Positions 11,240 through 20,383 of a stretch of DNA of 64,000 bases are shown here, piece by piece. Numbering within the stretch: the stretch's first letter is position 1; each line of letters starts with the position of its first letter. The stretch is from Thermococcus sp. (GTDB lineage: Archaea > Methanobacteriota_B > Thermococci > Thermococcales > Thermococcaceae), in the NCBI GenBank assembly GCA_027075325.1, contig JALTBN010000027.1, forward strand, positions 176,032 through 240,031, written 5' to 3'. Made by a program: the position numbers and the translations under genes. A model generated the notes under the pieces. It was not told the origin of the DNA, did no database searches, and saw only the letters and a program-made list of their open reading frames with translations.

Positions 11240-12088
11240 ATGAAGGTCCACTACGAGTGTTTCTCCTGTGCTGCGAACCAGTGCCGGAGGATAGTTGAGA
11301 TGGGAACAGATGATCTCGAACTCAGGAAGAAAGGTGTCATCGAGGCCGCGAAGCTGATGGCGAACATCAGCGAAGACTCCATTCCAGCTATCTTTGGAAG
11401 TGAGGTCTTTCTCGGCGTGTACAGGGCCATAGGAAATGATGATCCGTTTAAGGACTACAAAGAGCTCTCCAACAGACTTGGGGAAAAGGTGGTGGAAGAC
11501 CTCAAAAAGGAGAAACCCGATATCAAAACGGCTCTGAAGCTCGCTATCATCGGAAACGTGATAGACTTCGCGGTCGGTTATTCCCCTGAGAAGATTGAGG
11601 AGGACGTTAGGGCGATGATCAACGAGGAGCTCTACGTTGACCACTCGGATGAGCTTTTTGAGGCCCTTAAAAGTGCAAATACACTCCTCTACATCACAGA
11701 CAACTGCGGGGAGATTTACTTTGACAGGCTTTTCATGGAGGAGATTAAGGATACCTTTCCGCATCTCAAAATCTACGTTGCGGCGAAGGAAGGGCCGATA
11801 ATCAACGACGCCACCGTTGAAGACCTAAGGAAAGCGGGTTTTGAGGAGTTCTCCGAAATTATCTCCACTGGCACGAGGATAGTCGGCGTTCCACTCGATC
11901 GGGTCTCCGATGAGTTCAGGGAAGTATTTGAGGGGGCTGATGTGATAATCTCAAAGGGTCAGGGCAACTTCGAGACCCTCAGTGAAATAAAGGACAGCAG
12001 GATATTCTACCTGCTCAAAGCGAAGTGCGGGCCAATAGCGAGGGAGCTTAACGTTGTCCAGGGCAGTTTGGTGTGCATGAGAGGCTGA
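11240..12088 (+). CDS. DUF89/ARMT1-like damage-control phosphatase
   Basis: N-terminal ECFSC, DPFKDYK, GNVIDF, DNCGEIYFD, INDAT, SKGQGNFETL, KAKC. Confidence 0.9.
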   Translation: MKVHYECFSCAANQCRRIVEMGTDDLELRKKGVIEAAKLMANISEDSIPAIFGSEVFLGVYRAIGNDDPFKDYKELSNRLGEKVVEDLKKEKPDIKTALKLAIIGNVIDFAVGYSPEKIEEDVRAMINEELYVDHSDELFEALKSANTLLYITDNCGEIYFDRLFMEEIKDTFPHLKIYVAAKEGPIINDATVEDLRKAGFEEFSEIISTGTRIVGVPLDRVSDEFREVFEGADVIISKGQGNFETLSEIKDSRIFYLLKAKCGPIARELNVVQGSLVCMRG

Positions 12089-12162
12089 GCTGACAGGCGG
12101 AGATTGATTGAAACTTTGGACCTGAAAGTTCTGTGCGCGGCACTTTGGGAGGGGTCTGGTGA

Positions 12163-12906
12163 TCAAAGAACCTTGAAGATCATCTTCATGGCTATTAGAT
12201 ACAGAATTATGCCGATTACCTTCTTTACCTGTTCTGAGCTCATCTTGAAATGCATTAGGTGGGTCCCGAGCCAGCCCCCCGCTATCGCCGAGATGGAGAC
12301 AACCCCGAGGAGCTTCCAGTCGAGCGTGCCCATCCCCCAGTAAGTTATGAAGCCGCTCAGCGATGAGAAGAAGACCACCAGAGCCGTTGTCGCGGCCACC
12401 TTCTTTGGCTCGTATCCGAGCATTATTAGGGTTGGACTTATTATACCACCTCCTCCAACACCGAGTAGTCCCCCGAGGAACCCTGCCAGACCCCCGATGA
12501 GCGAGCCCTCGATGATGTGGTTCCCGTTCCCGTCCCTTGGCTTTGGCTTGAAGAAAATCATCATTGTCCCTGAGTACAGGAGGAAGGCAATGAATATCCA
12601 GAGAACGTATTCCTTGGGTATGAATCTCCCTGAGTAAGCTCCAATTGGAGCGGAAACCGTTGCCACAACCAGTATCGGAAGGCCGAAGCGGTGGTCGAGC
12701 TTGCCGTGCCTGATGTTCTTAATCGTTGCCGAGAGCATAGAGAGGGTGTTTATGAAAAGGCCCGTGGGCTTTGCTACCATGAGCGGTATTCCGAGCCATG
12801 TCATAGTCGGGACTATGGCTATCGCACTTCCTACTCCACCAATGGAAAAGACGACGCTCAGGATAAACGCTATTATGCCGATGATTATGCAGTCCATTAG
12901 GCTCAC
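12163..12906 (-). CDS. TauE/SafE-family sulfite exporter
   Basis: About 8 hydrophobic helices; GGVGSA and GLLGVGGGGIISP repeats; AATT. Confidence 0.85.
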   Translation of the reverse strand: MSLMDCIIIGIIAFILSVVFSIGGVGSAIAIVPTMTWLGIPLMVAKPTGLFINTLSMLSATIKNIRHGKLDHRFGLPILVVATVSAPIGAYSGRFIPKEYVLWIFIAFLLYSGTMMIFFKPKPRDGNGNHIIEGSLIGGLAGFLGGLLGVGGGGIISPTLIMLGYEPKKVAATTALVVFFSSLSGFITYWGMGTLDWKLLGVVSISAIAGGWLGTHLMHFKMSSEQVKKVIGIILYLIAMKMIFKVL

Positions 12907-13045
12907 CTCATTTTAGTTGCCCTGCCGAATGAAATGGTACTCATTTAAAAAGTTTTTGAGACGTTGAACTGTTTTGGTAGGGTAACTTTTTTAAGCCCCC
13001 CTAAAATCTTCTTGTGTGAAAGAAAAAACAGATGGGGGGAGGTTC

Positions 13046-14050
13046 ATGGAAAAGCTGAGGAAGTTCAACCCCGCCGTTTTTGCCAGCGTGATGGGTACGG
13101 GTGCTGTTGCCATAGCGTCATACCGTTATTCTGATTATTTGAGCTGGTTACGGGAAATTGGGGTTGGGCTGACTTACTTAAACTTCGTCCTCTACTTCGT
13201 CCTGCTCGTTCCGTGGCTTTTAAGGTGGGTACTCTACCGGAAAGAAGCTCTGGAAGACCTCAGACATCCTTCCAAGGGTCATTTCTATGGCACAAGTGGT
13301 GCAGCCACCATTGTTCTCTCCGCACAGGCGTTGGTGATATTGAAAAATCAAACCGTAGCATGGTACCTGTGGATCTGGGGTCTTGTTTTGACGTTCATAT
13401 TCGCCTTCTGGATGTCCTATGAGGTGTTCATAGCGGGGGAAGTTGATCTCAGACATCTTTCGCCGGCCTGGTACATCCCTCCCGTTGCCCTCGTGATAAT
13501 TCCCTTTGGGGCGGCCTTCATGAGAACGACCGCGGGTTATACCCAGGAACTGACGGTCATCGTTAATTATCTTGGCTGGGGAGCGGGCTTCTTCCTCTAC
13601 CTCGTGCTCTACGCAGTCGTGACGCTCCGCTTCATAAGACACGAACTCATGCCTCCCCAGATGGCTCCCCTCATCTGGATGAACCTCGGCCCCATTGGAG
13701 CGAGCATAACGGCGCTTTTCTCGTTAGTGAAAAACTCCACGATACCAATACCAGTAGAGCCCTTCATGGCCTTTGCATTTTTCCTCTGGGGGCTCGGTTT
13801 CTGGTGGCTGGTGATGGCAACAGCAATGACGCTTCACTACATCAAGAATCTGAGCCTCCCGTACAGTGGCTCATGGTGGGCCTTTGTCTTCCCGCTTGGG
13901 GCCTTTGTGAACGCCACAAAGGACCTGGGAGGCGCATTTGGGCTAAAGCTCATGTCGCACTTTGGATTTCTTCTTCTATGGCCCCTCCTGGCCATCTGGC
14001 TGGTAACCGCAGTAAAAATGATTGACCCTAAGAGGAGCGAGAAGAGCTGA
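13046..14050 (+). CDS. TDT/SLAC1-family (tellurite-resistance/dicarboxylate/sulfite) anion channel
   Basis: PAVFASVMGTG, PAWYIPPV, WMNLGPIG and SWWAFVFPLG motifs; about 10 TM helices. Confidence 0.88.
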   Translation: MEKLRKFNPAVFASVMGTGAVAIASYRYSDYLSWLREIGVGLTYLNFVLYFVLLVPWLLRWVLYRKEALEDLRHPSKGHFYGTSGAATIVLSAQALVILKNQTVAWYLWIWGLVLTFIFAFWMSYEVFIAGEVDLRHLSPAWYIPPVALVIIPFGAAFMRTTAGYTQELTVIVNYLGWGAGFFLYLVLYAVVTLRFIRHELMPPQMAPLIWMNLGPIGASITALFSLVKNSTIPIPVEPFMAFAFFLWGLGFWWLVMATAMTLHYIKNLSLPYSGSWWAFVFPLGAFVNATKDLGGAFGLKLMSHFGFLLLWPLLAIWLVTAVKMIDPKRSEKS

Positions 14051-14510
14051 TGCATTCGCTCTCTTTCTCCTCCAGCTCTATTATCTTTCTGAGTATGCAC
14101 TCGAGAACGTTAAGCTCCTTTTTAATCTCTTCAAGCTGGCGCTTTCTGCCCTCATCCGCTTCATCCACGAGCCTCTCGACAATAACCTTCAGCGGCTCGA
14201 TCTCCCGTTCTAAAGTATCTTTGGGTATCTTAAGGAACTTCTCGAGGAATACTGGAACGGCGGTGAAGTACTTTACCCTGCTCCTCCTCTTGCAGATGAC
14301 GAAATACTCCCTCGTAAGCTTGCTGAGGGCTATTGAAATCGAGGATCTGCTGAGCCCGGTTTCCTTCGCGAGTTCAGATATTGTCATTGGCTTCCCGTGG
14401 AAGAGGAGAATGGCATAGACCCTGCCCTCGGTGGAGCCGTAGCCCCACCGGGTGAGCATTCTCTCCACAATCTCTATGAACTTCGCTTTGTCCTTGGCTT
14501 TCTCTGCCAT
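14028..14510 (-). CDS. GbsR/MarR-family winged-helix transcriptional regulator
   Basis: WGYGSTEGRVYAILL..PMTISELAKETGLSRSSISIALSKL. Confidence 0.85.
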   Translation of the reverse strand: MAEKAKDKAKFIEIVERMLTRWGYGSTEGRVYAILLFHGKPMTISELAKETGLSRSSISIALSKLTREYFVICKRRSRVKYFTAVPVFLEKFLKIPKDTLEREIEPLKVIVERLVDEADEGRKRQLEEIKKELNVLECILRKIIELEEKESECISSSRSS

Positions 14511-14597
14511 TTTGGTCCCCCGGACTAGTAGTAGGCACCTCCTTTATAAAAATCTTCCCGAAAAAAGAAAACGAAGGGAGTTTTAAAATCGAAGGGA

Positions 14598-14930
14598 TCA
14601 TTCCTTGGCAGTGGCTATGATGGCACCGCCGATCAGAGCAATCCATGCACCGATAGTCCAGAAGCCTCCATCGAAGGGCATCGTTATAAGTGCCAGGATG
14701 ACGATGCTCCATCCCACTGCCGCAGGGCTCTTCTTGTAGTAGTAGGCCAGACCCATTATGAGCAGGCTCAGGATTATCTCAACCCAGCCGACTGTCGTGT
14801 AGCTTCCGTAGTGCCATCCGTAGAAAGCCTTGTTGGCCAGAACCACTATACCATCTATCAAGATCAAACAAGCCCCGCAGAGGGCCGTCCAGAGGCCGGT
14901 TTTCGCAGAGACCATCCCAATCACCTCCAA
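14598..14930 (-). CDS. Small hypothetical membrane protein (~4 TM)
   Basis: Hydrophobic ORF with a C-terminal GGFWTIGAWIALIGG motif; RBS GGAGGTGA. Confidence 0.7.
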   Translation of the reverse strand: MEVIGMVSAKTGLWTALCGACLILIDGIVVLANKAFYGWHYGSYTTVGWVEIILSLLIMGLAYYYKKSPAAVGWSIVILALITMPFDGGFWTIGAWIALIGGAIIATAKE

Positions 14931-15055
14931 GGGTTTTCATTATGGGGTCTGTTTTTAACTATTTAAATTTTTCGGTTATTTTGAAAATGTCAAAAATAGC
15001 TAACATAACGAAAACTTTATACGCGCTTTCCACCAACTCCCTATTGGTGATGAAG

Positions 15056-16687
15056 ATGAGTGCTGAAGAGGGTGTTGAAGCTGAGATCAAGGAATCCGGG
15101 GGAAATCAGCTCTCAACGGCACTTACGGCCTTCAAACTCATCCTTGGAAACCCGTTGTCAAGGGCACTCCTCAGGCCGATGCTCAAGCGCTACGAGATAA
15201 ACGGCAGGGAGCTGCCGGCTTTGTACTGGGCACTGAGCGTTTACGCAGGAGAGAGCCTCAACGAGCCGATGATGATTCGTTTCCAGGCAGAGACGCTGAA
15301 GCTCCTCCTCAAACTCGGCATAAAGCTCGCTCATGGTGACGAGGAGGCGGTAAAAGAGGCCCTTCTCCGCGACCCGCACATAAGGCGCGGCATCTGGGTC
15401 GTCCTTGAGGGCATAGCAAAGTATGGAGTAACGGTTCCGCAGAGACTGGCGGGACCCTTCCTCATCGTCTGGAACTTCACCAACATGTGTAACTTCCGGT
15501 GTAAGCACTGCTACCAGAGGGCCGATAGACCCCTTCCGAGTGAGCTTTCACTGGAGGAGAAGCTGAACCTTGTTGACCAGCTCGACAAAGCTGGAGTCGC
15601 GGCGGTCGCCATAAGCGGCGGCGAACCAACCATCCATCCCGACTTCTACCGCATCGTAAAGGAGCTCGCAAGCAGGGGGATCCACACTTCCGTGGCCACA
15701 AACGGCTGGACTTTCGCGGACAGGGAGAAGCTGCAGAAGGCCGTTGACCTCGGGTTAAAGTACGTCGAGGTCAGCGTTGACTCCGCTAAGCCCGAGAAGC
15801 ACGACGAGTTCCGCGGTATCCCTGGGGCCTGGGAGCATGCGACGAAAGCCCTTGAGAATGCCGTTGAGCTGGGGGTAATCCACGGCATGGCGGTAGTGAT
15901 GGACAAAGAAACCTACGGCGAGATAGACGACATCCTCGACCTGGCGGAGAGCATAGGCGTGAAGCGTGTCATCTTCTTCAACCTCGTGCCAACGGGAAGG
16001 GCGGAGGAAATGGTCAAGGTGGACCTCTCTCCGGAGGAGCGCGAAGAGTTTATGAAAGAGGTTTACCACCAGATGAAGAAGAGGAAGCTTGAGATATTAA
16101 CCACCGCCCCGCAGTACGCGAGGGTAACCCTGCTGGAGAGCGGAGGTAAGAACGTAACGCCAGCGCACTTCTACATCGGTGAGAACAACGCGGTTAGGAC
16201 CCTCGCTGAGTTCATCGGCGGATGCGGTGCCGGAAGGATATACTCCGGGATAGAGCCGGACGGAACGGTGGTTCCCTGCGTCTTCCTTCCATTGCCCGTT
16301 GGAAACGTCCGTCTGAAGCCGTACAAGCAGATATGGGAGGAGAGCAACATCTTCAACCTCCTGCGCGATAGGGACAACTTCACCGGCAACTGCAGAAACT
16401 GCCCCTACAGGAACATCTGCGGCGGTTGTCGGGCGAGGGCCTATCACTACACCATTGATTTGCTTGGTGATGATCCTGGATGCATTATAAATAAGCGCCT
16501 GTGGGAGCAGCTCGTTAAAGAAGGGAAACCCAAAGGCATCAGCGAGGTCAATTGGGTCGATGAGACCGTTGTCCTGAGGGGACCTGCCCTTTATATACCC
16601 GGATACTATAGGGCTGTTGAAGCGACCGGGGAGAAGCTCCTTTCCTCTGTCTCAACGGGGCATGGGGTTAAGGCATACCGTCTCTAA
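15056..16687 (+). CDS. Radical SAM/SPASM protein with a long helical N-terminal extension (candidate GMGT synthase Gms-like)
   Basis: CNFRCKHC, SGGEP, and SPASM GCGAG..VVPC..CRNCPYRNICGGCRARA..DPGC. Radical SAM/SPASM is secure; Gms is an inference. Confidence 0.85.
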   Translation: MSAEEGVEAEIKESGGNQLSTALTAFKLILGNPLSRALLRPMLKRYEINGRELPALYWALSVYAGESLNEPMMIRFQAETLKLLLKLGIKLAHGDEEAVKEALLRDPHIRRGIWVVLEGIAKYGVTVPQRLAGPFLIVWNFTNMCNFRCKHCYQRADRPLPSELSLEEKLNLVDQLDKAGVAAVAISGGEPTIHPDFYRIVKELASRGIHTSVATNGWTFADREKLQKAVDLGLKYVEVSVDSAKPEKHDEFRGIPGAWEHATKALENAVELGVIHGMAVVMDKETYGEIDDILDLAESIGVKRVIFFNLVPTGRAEEMVKVDLSPEEREEFMKEVYHQMKKRKLEILTTAPQYARVTLLESGGKNVTPAHFYIGENNAVRTLAEFIGGCGAGRIYSGIEPDGTVVPCVFLPLPVGNVRLKPYKQIWEESNIFNLLRDRDNFTGNCRNCPYRNICGGCRARAYHYTIDLLGDDPGCIINKRLWEQLVKEGKPKGISEVNWVDETVVLRGPALYIPGYYRAVEATGEKLLSSVSTGHGVKAYRL

Positions 16688-16715
16688 ATCCTCCTGCCCT
16701 TTCAATAATTAATTT

Positions 16716-17678
16716 TCAACGTATCTCCCATTCGCCCAGTAGACCCTTGATTATCAGCTCCGCCGCCTCTTCTTCAGTTAGTCCCTTCGCCATGAGCTGG
16801 ACCAGCTGGGCCTCGTTTATCCTCCCTATCGAGGCCTCGTGCGTGAGTTCCGCTTTATCGTTCCTCACTCTCAGCAGGGGGACCGTCTGGACGTCGGCTT
16901 CTCCCTTCACAACCTCATGGCACTCAACGTGGCCCTTCGCGTAGTCCCCAAGGCCATACGCTTCGTTCACGACGTTTACCCTCGACTTATCGAACGCTAT
17001 AACCGTGCTCTTCAGGTTGCCCCGAGAGTAAGTGCCCTCCAGCAGGAGGACCTCTTTGATCTCGACCGAGTCGTCTTTGACGGCTTTGACCTTCGAGGTC
17101 ATCTCAGTAACGGCCCCATCGCCTAATTTTGCCATCATCTCAAGCTTAAGCTCCCTCGCGCGGTGCTTCGTGAGCGAGAACTTTCCGGTGTAGCGACCAC
17201 ATCTCTCAACATCCACTTCTGTCCTGCTCACCATCCTGACCCCTTCGCCGTGTATGTGCTCGTCGTCGTAGAGCACCGAGGAGTTCTCGCCGATCGTTAT
17301 CCTCGATATCGCCTCATGGGTGAAGTCCTTCGCGTAGGGAAAGATGCAGTGGGAGGTGAACTTCACCTTCGAGTTCTTTCCAACAGTGATGTTGAACTCA
17401 ACCCTCTGGTAGCCCTCGCCCTTGAGGTAGCCGGTGCAGAGGTGGATGGGAAAGGGAAGTTCTACCCCGTCTGCTATCCTCACGTCAGCCCTCACGCCGT
17501 TTTCTATCTCCTCTCCTCTTATCTTAACCCCGGGGACGTTGTTGAGGCCGATTATCTTGCTTCCGCTTATGATTATCGCGGCTATCCTGCCCCCAAAGAG
17601 CGACGTGTCAAGCCCCTCGCGCTCGTATATATCGAGCAGGGCCTCGTACTCCTTCACGCGGTCAACCTTTATCGTCAT
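16716..17678 (-). CDS. sufB: SufB/SufD-family Fe-S assembly scaffold (SmsB-type)
   Basis: PIHLC, GHVECHEVV, and LTHEASIGRI...QLMAKGLTEEEA. Confidence 0.9.
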   Translation of the reverse strand: MTIKVDRVKEYEALLDIYEREGLDTSLFGGRIAAIIISGSKIIGLNNVPGVKIRGEEIENGVRADVRIADGVELPFPIHLCTGYLKGEGYQRVEFNITVGKNSKVKFTSHCIFPYAKDFTHEAISRITIGENSSVLYDDEHIHGEGVRMVSRTEVDVERCGRYTGKFSLTKHRARELKLEMMAKLGDGAVTEMTSKVKAVKDDSVEIKEVLLLEGTYSRGNLKSTVIAFDKSRVNVVNEAYGLGDYAKGHVECHEVVKGEADVQTVPLLRVRNDKAELTHEASIGRINEAQLVQLMAKGLTEEEAAELIIKGLLGEWEIR

Positions 17679-18385
17679 GGCGAACCCTCCACGAAGAGGC
17701 ACCTTCCGCAGGTCTTCCTGTAGTACTCAACGACCTCCCGCGAGAAGCCCTTCTTGACGAGCCTGCCGGCGCAGACGAAGTATGCAAAGTCAGTCTTTCC
17801 AGCTATCTCCTCGTGGTGCGTGATCAGGATAACCGTTGTCCCCGCCCTTTTGAACCGGCCCAAAAGCTCCTCAATAAGCTCGCCGGCGGTTATGTCGAGG
17901 CCAGAATCCGGCTCGTCCAAGATGACGTACCTCGGCCTGAGGAGGAGCGGGGAAGCCAGCTCAATCCTCTTCCTCTCGCCGCCGCTGAGAGTTTTATCAA
18001 TTAACCTGCCCGCGTAGAGTTCATGGGGGAGGCCGACAAGCTCAAGTGCCTCCCTTATCTCATCCTCCTCAACCTTCAGCTTCCCGCCGAGGGTGAGGTA
18101 CTCCCTGAGCCTTATCCCCTCGTAGCGCGCCGGCTCCTGCCAGGCCATGCTTATCCCCAGTCTGGCCCTCTCGGTAACGCCAAGCCCCGTGATATCCCTT
18201 CCATCGAGGAGAACCTCACCGGCGGTGGGCTTCAGCTCACCCATCAGGATCCTCGCTATCGTTGACTTTCCCGCGCCGTTGGGGCCGAGTATCGAATAGC
18301 TCATTCCCTCCCTGAAGGTCATGTTAACACCGTGAAGGATTTTCCGACCGTTTTTCTCATACTCAATGTTTCTCAGACAGAGCAT
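17675..18385 (-). CDS. sufC: SufC-type ABC ATPase (SmsC-type)
   Basis: GPNGAGKST, AWQEP, LSGGERKRIELAS, DEPDSGLD and C-terminal CX20CXXC; ATGA overlap with sufB. Confidence 0.9.
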   Translation of the reverse strand: MLCLRNIEYEKNGRKILHGVNMTFREGMSYSILGPNGAGKSTIARILMGELKPTAGEVLLDGRDITGLGVTERARLGISMAWQEPARYEGIRLREYLTLGGKLKVEEDEIREALELVGLPHELYAGRLIDKTLSGGERKRIELASPLLLRPRYVILDEPDSGLDITAGELIEELLGRFKRAGTTVILITHHEEIAGKTDFAYFVCAGRLVKKGFSREVVEYYRKTCGRCLFVEGSP

Positions 18386-18444
18386 TTTTATCAATAATTT
18401 TCACATGAATTTAGATTTAAAATTTTCTGGGCAGAAATGTCCAG

Positions 18445-18461
18445 AACCAATGGTTAAGAAC
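18445..18461. promoter_or_regulatory. SurR binding site, long form
   Basis: AAC-caatg-GTT-aag-AAC is the reverse complement of the Thermococcales SurR motif GTTn3AACn5GTT; it lies in the divergent sufC/ferredoxin intergenic region. Confidence 0.7.
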
Positions 18462-18521
18462 AAATACATTTGAAAAATGTTTTAAATGAATGAAATTTTA
18501 TATAGATTGAGGTGAACGAAA

Positions 18522-18935
18522 ATGGCCGATGTTAAGGCCCCTGTCATAGGAAAGGATGCTTTGGGAAGGGAAGTTAAGGATCTGAGTGTTGTCCCGTGGT
18601 GGGGTGTCGATAGAAAGGAGATAGAATGGTATCCCCGGATAAATTATAGCGTCTGCGCTCGCTGCGGCCTCTGCTTTGTTACCTGTGGGAGAAGGGTCTT
18701 TGACTGGGACACTGAAGAGGGGAAGCCCATCGTTGTGAGGCCCTACAACTGTCTCGTGGGATGTAACACATGCTCAATGGTCTGTCCGTGCAACGCCATT
18801 GAGTTCCCGCCGAGAGAGTACGTCAAAAAGCTCGTCGTGGAGTACGGAGTCATACGAAAGGCCTTTGAGATAACAAGACCCCTGACGAAGAAGGACGAAA
18901 GAACGAACGGGGCGGAGAGTGTGTTCAATCCCTGA
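18522..18935 (+). CDS. Ferredoxin-like 2x[4Fe-4S] protein
   Basis: CARCGLCFVTC and CLVGCNTCSMVCP. Confidence 0.88.
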   Translation: MADVKAPVIGKDALGREVKDLSVVPWWGVDRKEIEWYPRINYSVCARCGLCFVTCGRRVFDWDTEEGKPIVVRPYNCLVGCNTCSMVCPCNAIEFPPREYVKKLVVEYGVIRKAFEITRPLTKKDERTNGAESVFNP

Positions 18936-19044
18936 CGACAGTTATAGTATCTCTCCTTCTTATCCTTGCTTTGGTTGTTTAGTCCCCTTTCTTACGCTTA
19001 AACCATTATGCTATTCTCTGCCCTCCGAACTTAGAATCGCCATC

Positions 19045-19953
19045 CTAACTGCCCTCTCCCTGGCATATAGTGCTTTTGTCCTCACACCTGTCAGCCTCAA
19101 GCTGAACCGTCACGTGGGTTATCCCGTACTTCTTCAGCTTTCCTTCAATTTTGTCGATTATCCACTGCGCCTCGCTTATCGGCATGTCGTCAACCTCAAC
19201 GTGGCACTCGAAGTGGATTTCCTTCTCCCCTATGCGCCAGGCGTGGAAGTGATGGGCGTTCTTAACGCCGGGGATGGATTCTATTTCGGCCTTTATCGCC
19301 TCAAGGTCAAGCTCCGGCGAGGCCTCCATGAGGACCTCGACGCTCTCCTTCAGTATCTCGTAGCCCTCCCTCAGGATGTAGAGCGAGATCAGAACCGTTA
19401 CCAGTGGGTCAACCCAGGTGACGTTCCACTTGATTATCAGGATTCCGCCGATGACGACCGCTACCGAGGAGAGGGTGTCGCTCATGAGGTGCAGGTAAGC
19501 GGAGCGGACGTTCATGCTCTCGTGGGCGTGGCTGTGGAGTAGAAAAACCGAGAGGAGGTTGGCGGCGAGGCCTATCAACGCGACCCCGAGCATCAGCGGA
19601 CCGTCTATCGGCTCCGGGTTTTTGAAGCGCCTGTAAGCCTCAACCAGGAGGAAGAGGGAAACTCCAACGAGAACCGCGGAGTTCATGAAAGCCACGAGGA
19701 TTTCGGCCCGTTTATAGCCGAAGGTGTACTTCTCGTTGGCCTTTCGCTCACCGATTTTTATCGCAAAGTAGCTCGCGAGCAGGCTCATGCTATCACTGAA
19801 GTTGTGGAGTGAGTCGCTGAGCAAAGCCAGGCTCCCGGAGAGGATTCCGCCGATTACCTCGGCGATCGTGATGACCAGGTTGAGAGCTATCGAGAAGGCC
19901 ATCCTGCCCTCAAGCTCGCCGTGGTGATGGTGGTAATTGTGGTCGTGCGACAT
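19045..19953 (-). CDS. Cation diffusion facilitator (CzcD/ZitB-like) metal exporter
   Basis: His-rich N-terminus, SLALLSDSLHNFSD, TFGYKRAE, AYLHLMSD, HVTVQLE. Confidence 0.92.
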   Translation of the reverse strand: MSHDHNYHHHHGELEGRMAFSIALNLVITIAEVIGGILSGSLALLSDSLHNFSDSMSLLASYFAIKIGERKANEKYTFGYKRAEILVAFMNSAVLVGVSLFLLVEAYRRFKNPEPIDGPLMLGVALIGLAANLLSVFLLHSHAHESMNVRSAYLHLMSDTLSSVAVVIGGILIIKWNVTWVDPLVTVLISLYILREGYEILKESVEVLMEASPELDLEAIKAEIESIPGVKNAHHFHAWRIGEKEIHFECHVEVDDMPISEAQWIIDKIEGKLKKYGITHVTVQLEADRCEDKSTICQGEGS

Positions 19954-19976
19954 GTTAATAACTCCAGCCGGGAAAA

Positions 19977-20321
19977 TTAAAACCTTCCGGAACCGGCTTT
20001 GAGGCCTTTTAAAGCCTCATCTATCTTCATGGCCTCATCAACGATGACCATCCTAACCCCGCTGAATCTAAAATCATCTTGCCCTTAGGGCAGTCAGTCC
20101 GCGAGATTATGGCGTTAACGCCGAGATTGACCAGGAAGAGGGCCACCTTTGAACCCGCTCCGTAAGGCTCCCGCCTGTAGGGGTTCTCGATAACCTTGAC
20201 CCCTTTAACCTCTCCTTCCTCAAGCTCGACCAGTGTGAAGGTTTCCCGCCCGTACCAAGCTTCCGTGAACCTTGTCATCGAGGCCTCCTTTGGAGGTTGG
20301 AATTGCGACCAGCGTTTTCAC
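19977..20321 (-). pseudogene. NifB/NifX-family (FeMo-cofactor-binding-like) gene with two frameshifts
   Basis: Reconstructs as MKTLVAIPTSKGGLDDKVHGSLVRA/ETFTLVELEEGEVKGVKVIENPY...DCPKGKMILDSAG/VRMVIVDEAMKIDEALKGL; both shifts fall in G runs. Confidence 0.75.
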
Positions 20322-20383
20322 CACCGGCCGAAAATGAGTGAAAGAATTTTTAAGCGTAGTGCCAACACTCCTCCGGTGATTCG

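Noticed and set aside
15056-16687. RiPP maturase cluster
   Set aside because: No short precursor peptide, PqqD/RRE domain or dedicated peptidase adjacent.
18919-19542. 207-aa + strand ORF
   Set aside because: Antisense to the CDF transporter; no recognisable motif.
19954-19962. Short SurR-like GTT-aat-AAC at the CDF start
   Set aside because: The six-base short form occurs often by chance; not called without the extended motif.
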